A stretch of DNA of 60,757 bases, filler included, from Candidatus Tectimicrobiota bacterium (GTDB lineage: Bacteria > JACPSX01), in assembly GCA_016193065.1 (NCBI GenBank). It is 7 parts of 7 records of this genome, joined end to end, with 100 filler letters (N's around TTAATTAATTAA, not from the genome) between each part and the next. Parts side by side here need not be neighbours in the genome. Positions count along the whole stretch, not along the records: positions 52,316 to 60,757 come from JACPSX010000159.1; 6 more parts are not named here. The stretch is one strand, 5' to 3'. Shown here in pieces: positions 60,459 to 60,757 of the stretch. The position numbers and the translations under genes are program-made. Positions within the stretch are counted from its first letter, which is position 1. Every line of letters starts with the position of its first letter. Below the pieces are notes generated by a model that searched no databases, was not told the origin of the DNA, and saw nothing but the letters and a program-made list of their open reading frames with translations.

Positions 60459-60647
60459 GGCTGCCCTGCCACCCTTCGCTCCCCGCCTCACGCAGCGACC
60501 CTACCGGGCCCGCGCTCGGACGAACCTTCCGGAATTCCCTGCGGTCAGTTCCGGCTTTCATCCGGCGCGGGCCTCGGCGGGGGTACCCGCGCTTCGCGGG
60601 TGTTGCGCTGCTCCCGGCAGTTCCGCTCAGGGCGGGAAGGGCAGCCC
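60459..60647. repeat. Structured ~190-nt element with terminal IRs (MITE-like)
   Basis: GGCTGCCCT...AGGGCAGCC ends; nested stems; mini-hairpin at 60581. Confidence 0.45.
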
Positions 60648-60757
60648 CCTGCCTATTGGGACCGGGTGTGCCCCACAGGGCGACTTAAAGTTTGGTAACA
60701 ATATACATGACACACAAACGGCTTGAGCCTATATTGTCTTCAGGAGGAAAATCATGG

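Overview
GC-rich bacterial draft/MAG sequence made of 7 contigs joined by artificial N+TTAATTAATTAA+N linkers (contigs 1-5043, 5144-26852, 26953-30670, 30771-39291, 39392-48749, 48850-52215, 52316-60757), so adjacency across linkers is not biological. Contig 2 is the highlight. It holds (a) a minus-strand sigma54 operon with two membrane-anchored GcvH-like proteins lacking the canonical lipoyl motif, HybA/NrfD-type redox subunits, a triheme c7 cytochrome and a hypE remnant; and (b) a heme-c sensor kinase/sigma54 activator upstream of a periplasmic operon: two small exported Cys-tailed proteins, a Tat alkaline-phosphatase-superfamily hydrolase, a Tat Mo-enzyme/4Fe-4S/NrfD complex, a ~1000-aa internally duplicated CGHC protein, a YeiH transporter, Usp and an arylsulfotransferase. 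This is a candidate undescribed carrier-based sulfur-compound system. Elsewhere: duplicated RRM genes with conserved UTRs, tRNA-Gly, fliC-flaG-fliD-fliS with c-di-GMP genes, two TA pairs, a class C group II intron with a frameshifted RT, a possible DGR-target tail, and miaB/mtaB. A covarying ~20-nt mini-hairpin repeat occurs 8 times and a MITE is inserted in frame. Protein calls rest on motif recognition only; no searches were run.
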